Assembly: GCA_947630185.1 (NCBI GenBank)
Contig: CANRGT010000006.1
Coordinates: forward strand, 6,186-70,185
Length of the DNA stretch: 64,000 bases
Origin: an uncultured Clostridia bacterium
GTDB taxonomy: Bacteria; Bacillota; Clostridia; TANB77; CAG-508
Reading direction: 5' to 3'
The notes beneath the pieces are model-generated. The model was given only the letters and a program-made list of their open reading frames with translations, ran no database searches and was not told the origin of the DNA. A program made the position numbers and the translations under genes. This document shows positions 1-9,939 of this stretch, one piece after another. Positions within the stretch are counted from its first letter, which is position 1. Every line of letters starts with the position of its first letter.

Positions 1-43
1 CAGGGCATCCTTTTTGTAACTCTATCAATTCTTTATCAATCAT
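1..43 (-). CDS. 5' end of a gene running off the window edge (MIDKELIELQKGCP...)
   Basis: ATG at 43 preceded by AAGGAG inside the end of the upstream ORF; only 14 codons visible. Confidence 0.5.
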   Translation of the reverse strand, partial: MIDKELIELQKGCP

Positions 44-44
44 C

Positions 45-581
45 TTAAATTTTATCTCCTTTCTTTTTTACTCCAAAAAAACTCAACATTTTATTAATTA
101 ACTTTTTTAATAAACTTTCTTCTCTGTATTCTGCAACGCTTGTCTCCATTGTACTTTCATTTTGAATTACTTTGTTTTCTTTTTTGTTTTTAAAAATATC
201 ATTTACATCAATTTCTTTTTGGATAGCATTTACATTATAGTTTTCTCTTACTTTTTCTTTGATATCATTTATATTATAGCTTTCTTTTATTTCCTCTTTG
301 TTAGAATCTTCATTATGTATTAGTTTTTTATACTTTTCACGCTCTTCGCTATTAGCCCACCAAGTAATATATATAAATCCTAAAAGTTCTTTAGTTTGTT
401 TTTTCAAATTTAATCCATTAATTGGCTGTTCATGATTAAATTTCACCCTATAGTCCTTGCTTGAAATATCAATTAAAAATTTTATAAAACTTTGTGGTAT
501 TTTTGCTACATCTTCTTTGTCTGTATAATTTAATATATCTAATACTTCTACTGCTGCTTCACTATATTCAATTTCTCTCAT
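45..581 (-). CDS. hypothetical protein
   Basis: 178-aa ORF overlapping the end of the upstream AAA ATPase gene; short internal duplications (YNIND/YNVNA/DVND). Confidence 0.75.
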   Translation of the reverse strand: MREIEYSEAAVEVLDILNYTDKEDVAKIPQSFIKFLIDISSKDYRVKFNHEQPINGLNLKKQTKELLGFIYITWWANSEEREKYKKLIHNEDSNKEEIKESYNINDIKEKVRENYNVNAIQKEIDVNDIFKNKKENKVIQNESTMETSVAEYREESLLKKLINKMLSFFGVKKKGDKI

Positions 582-2817
582 TTTCTTTACCTCTTATTTT
601 TTTTGAATTTATTTCTTTTGAATTCCTTGTTAAGTGTTCACTATACATTTTTCCTATATCTGCATATACTTTTGCTCCATCTTCAGCATATTTTTCTGCT
701 TCTTGACTTGTATGTAATGATATAGACATATCTTGTAGTTCACTTATCTTTTCCATTTTTCTTTCATCATTTCCAGCCCAATATATATCGTATATTGATA
801 AGTATTCCGGATCACAATATTTTCTTATGAATTCTCTACATGCTTCAACTTGTCCTTCATTTGCTGTTATTAATGCCGTCATATAGCTAAATCTTTCACT
901 TATATTTTTTGGCAAGTCTGCTTGTGTATATCCTTTTCCCATTCCTTTTTCTACTTCTTCTGGTGTTAGGGTTGGAAGATTATAAAAATCAAAAAATTCA
1001 CTCGCCCATTCCATACGAAGTTTAGACTCTATTGACCTTTTTATTATATCTTCTACATTTCTTCCTTTATATTTCCCTGCTTCTAAATTTCTTTCAAAAT
1101 TGTATATGGTGTTTGAAATTGAAGTCCATCCACGAGGATCATTTGTCCTTCCTTTACATCCATTTGCATCTAAATGCTCTTCTCCTACTTCTGGCTCTTC
1201 ATAAAAATAACCTATGTCTTCTATATCCTCACTTTTATCAGAGCTGTTGTATTTTGATAGTATATACCCTATTACTGCTGGATGTATTTTTTGTGGTATC
1301 GCATATTCTGTTATCCACTCTCCTACTTTTGGCTCCATATCTAGTATATGATCAAATCTCTTTTCTAATGGCTCTGCTAAATCTTCTGCTACTACTGAAT
1401 ACTTCTTTTGATTTCCTGTTGCAACTACTACTACATTTTCTGGTAGCTTTAGTCCTTTGCCTATCTCTACCATTCTATTTAATACCAAAGTATATACTAG
1501 GGCTTGAACTGCTGGCTTTACATTTAAAAGCTCATCTAGCATTATTACAACTTTTTTGCTACTATCTTTTGACCTTTCATAAACTTCATCTGCTATATCA
1601 TATATATTTTGTATATTTTCTTCTATTAGTTTTCTTTCTTCTTCTGTTGCTTCTTGCATAATAGCTGTCTTTGCAAAGTCTGGTGGTATGCTTTGCCCTG
1701 TTTGTAAGTTAACTGACCCTACTACTTTTTCTGGAAACATATTATTTGTTAATTTTATATAAATTAAATCTGGATATAACGCTTTAATTCTTTCCGTTTT
1801 TCCTATTCCAGATGGTCCTCTAAGTAATACTGATTCTCCTGCTTCAATCCAATTTTGTATTATTTCAGTATCTGTCATTTTGGTTCTATTTTCTGGTTTT
1901 GTTTTATCCGGATTTAATTTTTGCAATCTAGACTTTCTTGGATTAGGAACTTCTTCTGTTATTTCTTCCATTTCTGATATTTTTCCTAACCCTTCTTTAC
2001 TTATTGACTGCTCCAAATCTTTAGAAAAATATTTATCTATAAATGTTTTTATATTTGTTTTATCAAAATCACTTGTTTTATAATTTTTTTCTTTATTGAA
2101 TTTCACTCCCGAAAATACTATTTTTTCAGTTGTAATTATATTAGCTTTTTCATCAACTAACCATTTTACTGGAGATACTTCTACCCATACAATATCTCCT
2201 TCATTGTAACTCTCTTTATTTGAAAGAGTAAAAGTTGCGTAACCCAAATTGGCTTTGACTCTTACATATTTCTTTCCTTTATATTCATATTCTTGATGAG
2301 TTTGTGGTTGAAACAGTTTATCCATATTGTATGGTGGTATAGAGTCTGTTGTATATCTATTGCTTGTTTTTACAATTGTATCATTTTTATAGGCAATTTC
2401 TAATTTTTCTTGTATATTCTTTGATACTGCTTTTTGTGGATAATATCCATATTCTACTTCAAAAATTCCATCCCTTGCTCTTTTCCCACTTTTTCCATTC
2501 GTGGGGATTGAGCCTACTTTCAAGAACGGTAAAGCTATGCGAGCCCCATAATCGCGTCGACTATTAACATCGTAACTAATCTTATTACCTCTTGTATCAA
2601 CTATGCATACTCCATTATTCTCGTCATCTGATTTAGTCCAATAATAACCTGTTCTCCCCTCTAAAGAATCATCGCTATTTATGTGATCGTTTGAGACATA
2701 TCCTCCTATAAGAATAGCAAAATCTGTTATTGCTGCTTTTGACCCTCTTTTTTTGAATATATCTAGCCCATCATCTCCAAAGCATTGTTCTTCGGTTAAA
2801 AAAGTAAAATCGCTCAT
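568..2817 (-). CDS. MoxR/AAA_5-like AAA+ ATPase with an N-terminal DUF6273-like domain
   Basis: Walker A GPSGIGKT, Walker B IMLDE, VVATGN, and DPRGW sensor-like motif; N-terminal YYWTKS...YGARIALPF; AGGAG RBS. Confidence 0.8.
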   Translation of the reverse strand: MSDFTFLTEEQCFGDDGLDIFKKRGSKAAITDFAILIGGYVSNDHINSDDSLEGRTGYYWTKSDDENNGVCIVDTRGNKISYDVNSRRDYGARIALPFLKVGSIPTNGKSGKRARDGIFEVEYGYYPQKAVSKNIQEKLEIAYKNDTIVKTSNRYTTDSIPPYNMDKLFQPQTHQEYEYKGKKYVRVKANLGYATFTLSNKESYNEGDIVWVEVSPVKWLVDEKANIITTEKIVFSGVKFNKEKNYKTSDFDKTNIKTFIDKYFSKDLEQSISKEGLGKISEMEEITEEVPNPRKSRLQKLNPDKTKPENRTKMTDTEIIQNWIEAGESVLLRGPSGIGKTERIKALYPDLIYIKLTNNMFPEKVVGSVNLQTGQSIPPDFAKTAIMQEATEEERKLIEENIQNIYDIADEVYERSKDSSKKVVIMLDELLNVKPAVQALVYTLVLNRMVEIGKGLKLPENVVVVATGNQKKYSVVAEDLAEPLEKRFDHILDMEPKVGEWITEYAIPQKIHPAVIGYILSKYNSSDKSEDIEDIGYFYEEPEVGEEHLDANGCKGRTNDPRGWTSISNTIYNFERNLEAGKYKGRNVEDIIKRSIESKLRMEWASEFFDFYNLPTLTPEEVEKGMGKGYTQADLPKNISERFSYMTALITANEGQVEACREFIRKYCDPEYLSIYDIYWAGNDERKMEKISELQDMSISLHTSQEAEKYAEDGAKVYADIGKMYSEHLTRNSKEINSKKIRGKENERN

Positions 2818-3002
2818 ACTTTTTTCACTCCTTAATCTTCAAGACTTATCTCAAAAAATATTTCTCTAAAAATATTTTACCATAACAACTTTTTTTTGAC
2901 AATTTATTTAGAAATATTTTTTACAAGATGGAGAGTATGAAGTTATTTATCAAAAGAGATTTTATGTTCTTAAAGCCAAAATGATTTTGCTTAAATTATT
3001 GT

Positions 3003-3043
3003 TAAAAACCGAAAAAACACCTAAGTAAAATTACTTAGGTGTT
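3003..3043. terminator. palindromic terminator (cacctaagtaa-aa-ttacttaggtg) downstream of sigG; inverted copy of the elements at ~5976 and ~8029
   Basis: perfect stem flanked by A and T tracts. Confidence 0.75.
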
Positions 3044-3054
3044 TCTTTTTTTAT

Positions 3055-3825
3055 CTATTTATAAATTCTCCTAATATGGCTAATTGCTGTTCTTTCTAAT
3101 CTAGATACTTGTGCTTGGGAAATTCCTATTTCTTCTGCAACCTCCATTTGGGTTCTTCCTTCAAAAAATCTTTTATTTATAATCATCTTTTCCTTTTCAT
3201 TTAGCTTTTTCATTGCTTCTAATATTGTAATATTTTGAGCCCATAAATCGTCTGTATTCTTTTTATCACTTACTTGGTCCATAATACAAAGGTTTTCTGT
3301 ATTTTCACTGTATGCAGGCTCTTGAAGTGAGATTGGCTCTTGAATAGCGTCTAAGCTCATTATAACATCTTCTTTTTCTATTCCTAATTCTTTTGCAATT
3401 TCTTCTACTGATGCTTCTCTTTGCTCTTCTCTATTTACTTTTTCTTTTATTGCAAGCACTTTGTAGGCTAAGTCGCGCACAGACCTACTTACCCTAATTG
3501 TATTGTTATCTCTTAAATACCTTCTAATTTCTCCTATTATCATTGGAACTGCATAAGTGGAAAATTGCACATTTTGATTTACATCAAAATTGTCTATTGC
3601 TTTTATCAAACCTACACAACCTACTTGAAATAGGTCATCTAAATTTTCACCTTTTCCATTAAATCTTTTTATTATACTTAATACTAATCTTAAGTTTCCA
3701 TTTATGAATTCTTGTCTAGCTACTTCATCTCCTTGTTTTACCTTTTTCATTAGCTCAGCTTTTTCTTCTGAAGAAAGTAATGGTAGTTTAGCTGTATTTA
3801 CACCTGAAATTTCAACTTTATTCAT
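3055..3825 (-). CDS. sigG: RNA polymerase sporulation sigma factor SigG
   Basis: MNKVEISGVNTAKLP start with AAAGGAG RBS (the ORF track start at 3873 is too early); DDLFQVGCVGLIKAIDNFD, FSTYAVPMIIGEIRRYLRD; position after sigE. Confidence 0.97.
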   Translation of the reverse strand: MNKVEISGVNTAKLPLLSSEEKAELMKKVKQGDEVARQEFINGNLRLVLSIIKRFNGKGENLDDLFQVGCVGLIKAIDNFDVNQNVQFSTYAVPMIIGEIRRYLRDNNTIRVSRSVRDLAYKVLAIKEKVNREEQREASVEEIAKELGIEKEDVIMSLDAIQEPISLQEPAYSENTENLCIMDQVSDKKNTDDLWAQNITILEAMKKLNEKEKMIINKRFFEGRTQMEVAEEIGISQAQVSRLERTAISHIRRIYK

Positions 3826-3861
3826 AATAAAAACTCCTTTTAGAAATAACTTAATTATTTT

Positions 3862-3891
3862 CATTATTTCCAAAAGAAGCTTTATCTATTC
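3862..3891 (-). promoter_or_regulatory. sigma-F-type promoter of sigG
   Basis: minus strand GAATA-15 nt-GGAAATAATG resembles the sigma-F consensus GYATA-N15-GGnnAnAHT. Confidence 0.55.
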
Positions 3892-3909
3892 GATTATCGT
3901 TCTTCAAAT

Positions 3910-3916
3910 TTCGACA
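3910..3916 (-). promoter_or_regulatory. Spo0A box (TGTCGAA)
   Basis: perfect 0A-box heptamer upstream of the sigG promoter. Confidence 0.4.
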
Positions 3917-3939
3917 CTATTGATTATTATTTAAAGGCT

Positions 3940-4059
3940 AGCTAAAAATATTATGTTTGAAAGCACCGCTTAAGCAGTTCAAACGAAACGAAGTGAAGTG
4001 CGCTTGGAGCACCATCTATGGTGCGACAGCAAGGTGCAAAAAACATAATATTTTTAGCT
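3940..4059 (+). repeat. structured intergenic repeat, copy A (sigE-sigG spacer)
   Basis: 19-bp terminal inverted repeat agctaaaaatattatgttt enclosing the conserved core gcacc..ttggagcacc..ggtgcgacagcaaggtgc. Confidence 0.85.
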
Positions 4060-4096
4060 TTTTAAATTATAGTTTGTATAAGAATTTATTGAAAAT

Positions 4097-4828
4097 TTAC
4101 CCCGTTTTACTCATAATTTCTTTTTTCATTTTATTTATAATTTTCTTTTCTAGCCTTGATATGTAACTTTGAGAAATTCCTAGCATATCTGCAACTTCTT
4201 TTTGAGTTTTTTCTGTTCCACTAATAAAGCCAAATCTAAGCTCCATAATGTTTCTTTCTCTATTATTTAGCTTTTCAATAGATGCTCTAAGTAAAGTTTT
4301 GTCTACTTCGTCTTCTAATCTTCTTGAAGTTATGTCTGGGTCTGTTCCTAATATATCTGATAATAAAAGCTCATTGCCGTCACCATCTTGGTTAAGTGGT
4401 TCATCAATGGAAATTTCTCCTTTTATTCTACTGCTTCTTCTTAAAAACATTAAAATTTCATTTTCAATGCATCTTGAAGCATATGTAGCTAACTTTATTT
4501 TTTTGTTAGTGTTAAATGTGTTTATTGCTTTCATTAAGCCTATTGTTCCTATTGAGATTAAATCTTCTATTCCAACCCCTGTATTTTCAAACTTTTTAGC
4601 AATATATACTACTAACCTTAAGTTTCTTTCTACTAAAGTTTGCCTAACACTTGTATCTCCTTCTGATAGTTTTTGAAGTATTTCATTTTCTTCTTCTGCA
4701 GATAGTGGCGGTGGCAGAGTTTGACTTCCTCCAATATAATAAATAGGAAGGTTTTCTAGTTCATCATTACCTATATATCTTACATATAATGTGCTAATGC
4801 TATCTTTCAAAATTTGTAATAAATTCAT
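4097..4828 (-). CDS. sigE: pro-sigma-E sporulation sigma factor
   Basis: [48 protein letters not shown]; follows spoIIGA. Confidence 0.97.
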   Translation of the reverse strand: MNLLQILKDSISTLYVRYIGNDELENLPIYYIGGSQTLPPPLSAEEENEILQKLSEGDTSVRQTLVERNLRLVVYIAKKFENTGVGIEDLISIGTIGLMKAINTFNTNKKIKLATYASRCIENEILMFLRRSSRIKGEISIDEPLNQDGDGNELLLSDILGTDPDITSRRLEDEVDKTLLRASIEKLNNRERNIMELRFGFISGTEKTQKEVADMLGISQSYISRLEKKIINKMKKEIMSKTG

Positions 4829-5732
4829 TTGTTTTTCTCCTTTCTAACAGGTCAAGTCCTATTAAAGCAGTATAGGCATGATTTTTACTAAGTTTATATG
4901 GAAAAATACCTATAATTACATCATCTCTTTTTTCTATTTCTTCTTCTTTTTTTATTGTTACCTCATCTGCTTTTAATCCTAACATGAGCCCATGTTGTTT
5001 TCCTATAGAAGAAAAAGGTATTACTCTAAATTTCGTAACATATTCTTCTTCTCCTAAGTCACTTATTGTTTTATCTCCTTCACCTCCCATCCATTCTTCT
5101 ATATGATTTAATAAATTTTCTGGCAAAATATTATATAGTTCTTCTTTTTCTACCACAATTACTGGCATTCCTGTAATTGGCTCTTTTAATAGATTTCCTG
5201 TATCTAGCATGGCTTTTATGGAAATTTCTTTTTCTTTTAATTTTATTTTAATGGTGTATATCATATCTTTTTCTCTTAGTTTAGTTTTTACGACTTGAAA
5301 TGCTATGTATGTTATGATAAATCCTATTATTCCTCCAAGAAGTGCTATTTTTAGTGGATATGTTCCTATATACACACCATTTTTCATAAATATATCTTGC
5401 GGTCTTACAAAGTAAAGTAGTGCAAATGCGCACCCTCCAAATACAAATGATGTTAAATAAAAAATTATTAACTGCTTTACTAAACCTTTTATAGTTTCAG
5501 GCTTATATGCAATATATACCATTCCAACTGAGAGTAGCATTTTCATAATAAAGTTTGAGTATATTGGCAGTATTTCTAAATAATAAACTACTGAATATAC
5601 TGCTCCTAGCAAGCTAGATAGAAAAATTCTTATATGTTTTCTTTTTAGTTTCATTATGTAAGCGGTTGCAAATAAAATGATATAGTTCATGCATATATTT
5701 TCTAATAGCACTACATCTAAATATATTGTCAT
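4800..5732 (-). CDS. spoIIGA: sigma-E processing aspartic peptidase SpoIIGA
   Basis: MTIYLDV..EN..MNY start, N-terminal TM helices, [10 protein letters not shown] catalytic motif, RVIPFSSIG. Confidence 0.95.
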   Translation of the reverse strand: MTIYLDVVLLENICMNYIILFATAYIMKLKRKHIRIFLSSLLGAVYSVVYYLEILPIYSNFIMKMLLSVGMVYIAYKPETIKGLVKQLIIFYLTSFVFGGCAFALLYFVRPQDIFMKNGVYIGTYPLKIALLGGIIGFIITYIAFQVVKTKLREKDMIYTIKIKLKEKEISIKAMLDTGNLLKEPITGMPVIVVEKEELYNILPENLLNHIEEWMGGEGDKTISDLGEEEYVTKFRVIPFSSIGKQHGLMLGLKADEVTIKKEEEIEKRDDVIIGIFPYKLSKNHAYTALIGLDLLERRKTNEFITNFER

Positions 5733-5754
5733 TTTTATTCCTCATTTTTTTATT

Positions 5755-5865
5755 AGCTTAAAAATATTATGTTTTATAGCACCGCTTAAGCGTCCTAAGC
5801 GAAGCGCGTTTGGAGCAACTTTATGTTGCGACAGCAAGGTGCAAAAAACATAATATTCTTAAGCT
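5755..5865 (+). repeat. structured intergenic repeat, copy B (spoIIGA leader)
   Basis: terminal IR agcttaa(a/g)aatattatgtttt, core with GCGAAGC mini-hairpin and ttggagcaac..gttgcgacagcaaggtgc. Confidence 0.85.
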
Positions 5866-5884
5866 TCTTTCATCTTGCATGTTT

Positions 5885-5917
5885 AGTATACTCTCTTATT
5901 TTTGAAAAGTATGTCAT
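5885..5917 (-). promoter_or_regulatory. spoIIG-type sigma-A promoter with long spacer
   Basis: minus strand ATGACA-21 nt-TATACT; the long spacer is typical of the Spo0A-activated spoIIG/spoIIE promoters of B. subtilis. Confidence 0.55.
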
Positions 5918-6548
5918 TTTATGGGTGCCATTTTAAAAACTTATCTACAAAATTAGCATTAAAATCACAAAAAACAACACCTAAGTAATTTTACTTAGGT
6001 GCTGTTTCTTCGGTTTTTATACTAATAATAGATACATACTCTGTATGAAGTACGCCTAAAAGAATCGAAGAATTGAAGAATCAGCATAATTATAATAAAT
6101 ATAAATAGCACAATCACAATTATCATTGTTCCTATTATTTCTTTAGTAGTTTTAACAACTTTTGCATTACATATTTGCGCATTTTCACTAAAGAAATCTT
6201 TTGCAATATCTTCTAGCCCTATAGTTAATGTTTTATTTTTAGAGACTTCGAAGCGTTTTGTAAAAGTATCTTCAAGATCTCCATCTTTAACATCAATTTC
6301 AAGATAGACATAATTGTATTTGTCTGGGGTTATGCTTATTTTCTTGTCATCAAATTTCAGCAATCCCTTAGCGTCTGTTTCCATTTCCATACACCCTGTT
6401 AGCATAATCATTGTAAGAATGAGTAATGCAATGAAGGTTAAAAACCGTTTTAATTTCATAATGCTCCTCCTTTGTTCTAATAGAACGATGTATTTGGTTA
6501 AATTTTATATGCATAATTATATCACAATTTTATGTATATTACAATATA
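5887..6548. repeat. ~650-bp direct repeat, copy 1 (promoter, lipoprotein gene, terminator, spoIIG-like promoter)
   Basis: highly similar to 7940-8561 except for the region encoding the protein C-terminus. Confidence 0.9.
6022..6459 (-). CDS. putative lipoprotein with C-terminal TM helix (paralog 1)
   Basis: signal peptide with lipobox LTGC; AGGAGG RBS; paralog at 8071-8472. Confidence 0.8.
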   Translation of the reverse strand: MKLKRFLTFIALLILTMIMLTGCMEMETDAKGLLKFDDKKISITPDKYNYVYLEIDVKDGDLEDTFTKRFEVSKNKTLTIGLEDIAKDFFSENAQICNAKVVKTTKEIIGTMIIVIVLFIFIIIMLILQFFDSFRRTSYRVCIYY

Positions 6549-6621
6549 TATGGTCAAATTTGCACATTAATAAATTCGTATATTCAATATCTGCAAATTG
6601 CCACCTTATAAAATTGGTTTA

Positions 6622-7812
6622 TTAACTTTTTTGAGTTAACCAATCTAAAACATTTATCTTTTTTATTCCATTGAAGTCTGCTATTGGGTCTATATCCATT
6701 GTAAGTATGTATTTAGGATAATGGTCATTTATATCTTGTAATGGTGCTAACTCTCTTTCAAGAGTTGATTTTTCTCTAGTTGTATAAGCTACTTGGAAAT
6801 AAGTAAATCCTTCTTTGTTTTCAGCAACAAAGTCTATCTCTCTATCTCCTGTTTTTCCTGTATATACTTTATATCCTCTTCTTATAAGTTCAAGATATAC
6901 TATATTTTCTAGTATATGACCAGCATCTATATTTCTTCTTCCTAATATAGAATATCTCATTGTTACATCAGTTGCATAATACTTTTCTCCAGATTGCAAA
7001 TATTGCTTTCCTTTTATATCAAATCTTGGAACTTTATTAAATACATAGCATTCAACTAATGCATCTAAATAACTTTCAACCGTATGAACAGATATAGGTC
7101 TTCCATCTGAAGTTAATGTATCTGCTATCTTCTTTATTGATAAACAATTTCCAATATTGTCAAACATAAACTTAGATACTGCTCTAAGCATTGATGTATC
7201 TGCTATTTTTCTTCTTTGCGCAACATCTTTTACTATAATCGTGTTATATAAAGCATCTAAATAATCGTCTATTTCACTTTCTTCTTCTAATTTTAGCGCA
7301 TAAGGAAATGAACTTCTGTTAATATAGTCTAAGTATAACTTTTGGTCTGCTTGTCTATCATAGTAACTTAAATATTCTTTAAATGATAATGGATACATTT
7401 TTATTTCTATATATCTACCTGTTAATAGGGTTGCTAATTCTCCAGATAATAGATATGCATTAGACCCAGTTATATATACATCTACATTTTTTATTATATA
7501 TAATCCATCAACAGCCTTTTGGAATTCTTCTACATTTTGTACTTCGTCTAAAAATATATAATATTGCTTTTTGTCTTTTATTTTTTCTTTTACATATTTA
7601 TATAATTGTTTATAATTGCTAAATTCATTATCTGGATTTTCAAGATTTATAGATATAATATGGCTATCTTCTATTCCTATACTTTTTAAATAATCAATAT
7701 ATAATTCAAATAAAGTTGATTTTCCACATCTTCTTATTCCTGTTACAACCTTTATTAAGTCTTTATCTTTCCATTTTTTTAATCTATTTAGATATTCTTT
7801 TCTTTCTATCAT
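6622..7812 (-). CDS. AAA_14 ATPase with C-terminal DUF4143 (PD-(D/E)XK-like) domain
   Basis: GIRRCGKST Walker A, FLDEVQ Walker B, ITGSNA, LENIVYLEL...EIDFVAE...FQV. Confidence 0.9.
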   Translation of the reverse strand: MIERKEYLNRLKKWKDKDLIKVVTGIRRCGKSTLFELYIDYLKSIGIEDSHIISINLENPDNEFSNYKQLYKYVKEKIKDKKQYYIFLDEVQNVEEFQKAVDGLYIIKNVDVYITGSNAYLLSGELATLLTGRYIEIKMYPLSFKEYLSYYDRQADQKLYLDYINRSSFPYALKLEEESEIDDYLDALYNTIIVKDVAQRRKIADTSMLRAVSKFMFDNIGNCLSIKKIADTLTSDGRPISVHTVESYLDALVECYVFNKVPRFDIKGKQYLQSGEKYYATDVTMRYSILGRRNIDAGHILENIVYLELIRRGYKVYTGKTGDREIDFVAENKEGFTYFQVAYTTREKSTLERELAPLQDINDHYPKYILTMDIDPIADFNGIKKINVLDWLTQKS

Positions 7813-7830
7813 ATTCTCGCCTCCATTATT

Positions 7831-7876
7831 ATTATACTACATTTTTAAAAAGTTTGCAATACATTGCAAACTTTTT
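7831..7876 (-). promoter_or_regulatory. sigma-A promoter overlapped by a 14-bp-arm palindromic operator
   Basis: TTGCAA-17-TATAAT; aaaaagtttgcaat-ac-attgcaaacttttt at 7847-7876. Confidence 0.65.
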
Positions 7877-7939
7877 GTATTTTATATAATTATTTGCATT
7901 TCATTTAAAATAAATATTTTTGCTATTTTGCACTTTTAT

Positions 7940-8561
7940 TATACTCTCTTGTTTTTGAAAAGTATGTCATTTTATGTGTGCCCTCTTAAAAACTTATCTA
8001 CAAAATCAGCATAAAAAACACAAAAAACAACACCTAAGTAATTTTACTTAAGTGTTGTTCAATTCGGTTTTTATGGTCTTTTAAACAGTAGGTATAGTAC
8101 AAGACACAAAATCATCAATGTCATCATCACAGTTATAATTAATGGAAATATGTCTTCAGTAGCTTTAACGACTTTTACATTACATATTTGTGCATTTCTA
8201 CTAAAGAAATCTTTTACAATATCTTCTACCCCTATAGTTAATGTTTTATCTTTCCAGACTTGGAAGCGTTTTGTAAAAGTGTTTTCCAGATCTCCATCTT
8301 TAACATCAATTTCGAGATAGACATAATTGTCTTTGTTTGAGTTTATGATTATTTTCTCGTCATCAAATTTCATCAATACCTTAGCGTCTGTTTCTCTTTC
8401 CATGCACCCTGTTAGCATAATCATTGTAAGAATGAGTAATCCAATGAAGGTTAAAAACCGTTTTAATTTCATAATGCTCCTCCTTTGTTCTAATAGAACG
8501 ATGTATTTGGTTAAATTTTATATGCATGATTATATCACGATTTTATGTATATTGCAATATA
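7940..8561. repeat. ~620-bp direct repeat, copy 2
   Basis: matches 5887-6548. Confidence 0.9.
8071..8472 (-). CDS. putative lipoprotein with C-terminal TM helix (paralog 2)
   Basis: lipobox LTGC; near-identical N-terminus to 6022-6459. Confidence 0.8.
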   Translation of the reverse strand: MKLKRFLTFIGLLILTMIMLTGCMERETDAKVLMKFDDEKIIINSNKDNYVYLEIDVKDGDLENTFTKRFQVWKDKTLTIGVEDIVKDFFSRNAQICNVKVVKATEDIFPLIITVMMTLMILCLVLYLLFKRP

Positions 8562-8580
8562 AAATTGGTTTATTTATACA

Positions 8581-8609
8581 AAAAATCGCCTATTATTTAG
8601 GCGATTTTT
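8581..8609 (-). terminator. intrinsic terminator after ftsZ
   Basis: aaaaatcgccta-ttatt-taggcgattttt hairpin. Confidence 0.7.
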
Positions 8610-8664
8610 CGTATTTTGTTTATACTACGGAGAAATATATATGATTTAACAATATCTTCAAATT

Positions 8665-9792
8665 CTATTTATTAAGTCTTTTGTTGTTTCTTAAGAAAGT
8701 AGGAATTTCGATATCTCCTTGTGCGCTTGAGCTATCTGTTGTTGTTGGGATTGAGTTTAATTTTTTGTCCCATGCTTTGTCTATTATATCTCCTACTGGG
8801 ATATTGCTTGATAATGGTCCTTCTTCTTTATCAAATCCTGTTGCAATAACTGTGATAACGATATCCTCATCTAAGCTATCATCTATTACTGCACCAAAGA
8901 TGATGTTTGCTTCTGGGTCTACACTTCTTTGTACTAATTCTGCTGCTGTGTTAACTTCATGTAATCCTAAGTTTTGTCCACCAGTAATATTGATAATAAC
9001 TCCTCTTGCTCCTTCGATAGATGTTTCTAGTAATGGGCTTTGAATAGCTTGTTTTGCAGCATCTTCTGCTCTATTTTCTCCAGATGCTCTACCAATGCCC
9101 ATATGTGCCATTCCTGTATTTAACATTATTGTTTTAACATCTGCAAAGTCTAGGTTTACTAATCCTGGAATTGCAATTAAGTCTGATATACCTTGTACAC
9201 CTTGTCTTAATACATCGTCTGCCATTTTGAAGGCTTCTACTATAGAAGTTTTGCGGTCGATAATTTGTAGTAGTTTGTCGTTTGGAATTACTACTAATGT
9301 ATCAACTTTACCTTTCATGCTTTCAATTCCTCTATCTGCTTGTGATAATCTTTTCTTTCCTTCAAATGTAAATGGTTTTGTTACAACACCTATTGTTAAT
9401 ATTCCCATCTCTTTTGCAGCAGCTGCTACTATTGGTGCGGCACCAGTTCCTGTTCCACCGCCCATACCTCCGGTTACAAATACCATGTCTGCTCCACGAA
9501 GTGCTTCTGCTATCTCTGTTTTGCTTTCTTCAGCAGCTTGTGCTCCAATGTCAGGATTTGCTCCTGCTCCTAAACCTCTTGTAATTTTTTCCCCTATTTG
9601 TATCTTAGTTGCTGCTTTTGAAAGTAGTAGAGCTTGTCTATCTGTATTTACTGCTATAAATTCTACATTTTTAATTCCTGACTCTACCATTCTGTTTACA
9701 GCATTGTTTCCTGCGCCACCTACACCAATTACTTTGATTGTAGCTGTTCCGTCTAACATTGTGTTTTCATCCATATTATTATCCATTATCAT
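8665..9792 (-). CDS. ftsZ: cell division GTPase FtsZ
   Basis: [27 protein letters not shown] tubulin signature, C-terminal IEIPTFLR. Confidence 0.99.
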   Translation of the reverse strand: MIMDNNMDENTMLDGTATIKVIGVGGAGNNAVNRMVESGIKNVEFIAVNTDRQALLLSKAATKIQIGEKITRGLGAGANPDIGAQAAEESKTEIAEALRGADMVFVTGGMGGGTGTGAAPIVAAAAKEMGILTIGVVTKPFTFEGKKRLSQADRGIESMKGKVDTLVVIPNDKLLQIIDRKTSIVEAFKMADDVLRQGVQGISDLIAIPGLVNLDFADVKTIMLNTGMAHMGIGRASGENRAEDAAKQAIQSPLLETSIEGARGVIINITGGQNLGLHEVNTAAELVQRSVDPEANIIFGAVIDDSLDEDIVITVIATGFDKEEGPLSSNIPVGDIIDKAWDKKLNSIPTTTDSSSAQGDIEIPTFLRNNKRLNK

Positions 9793-9939
9793 AAAGCTTT
9801 TCTCCTCCTAATTCCTTTCTTACGGTTTTTGTAACCTTAAAATTTATATTTAATTTAAAATTAAAATCAATATTATAAAAATTTATGTACTTTTCATTTG
9901 ATGCTTAAGTCAAAATTTGTTAATTTATTGCTTTAAATT

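Noticed and set aside
3957-4166. 69-aa ORF across the sigE-sigG spacer
   Set aside because: It runs through structured repeat A and antisense into sigE, with no coding support.
3940-5865. Structured repeats as known self-cleaving ribozymes or integron attC sites
   Set aside because: No hammerhead CUGAnGA/GAAA, pistol or twister cores were recognised, there are no RYYYAAC/GTTRRRY ends, and the copies sit between core genes rather than in a cassette array.
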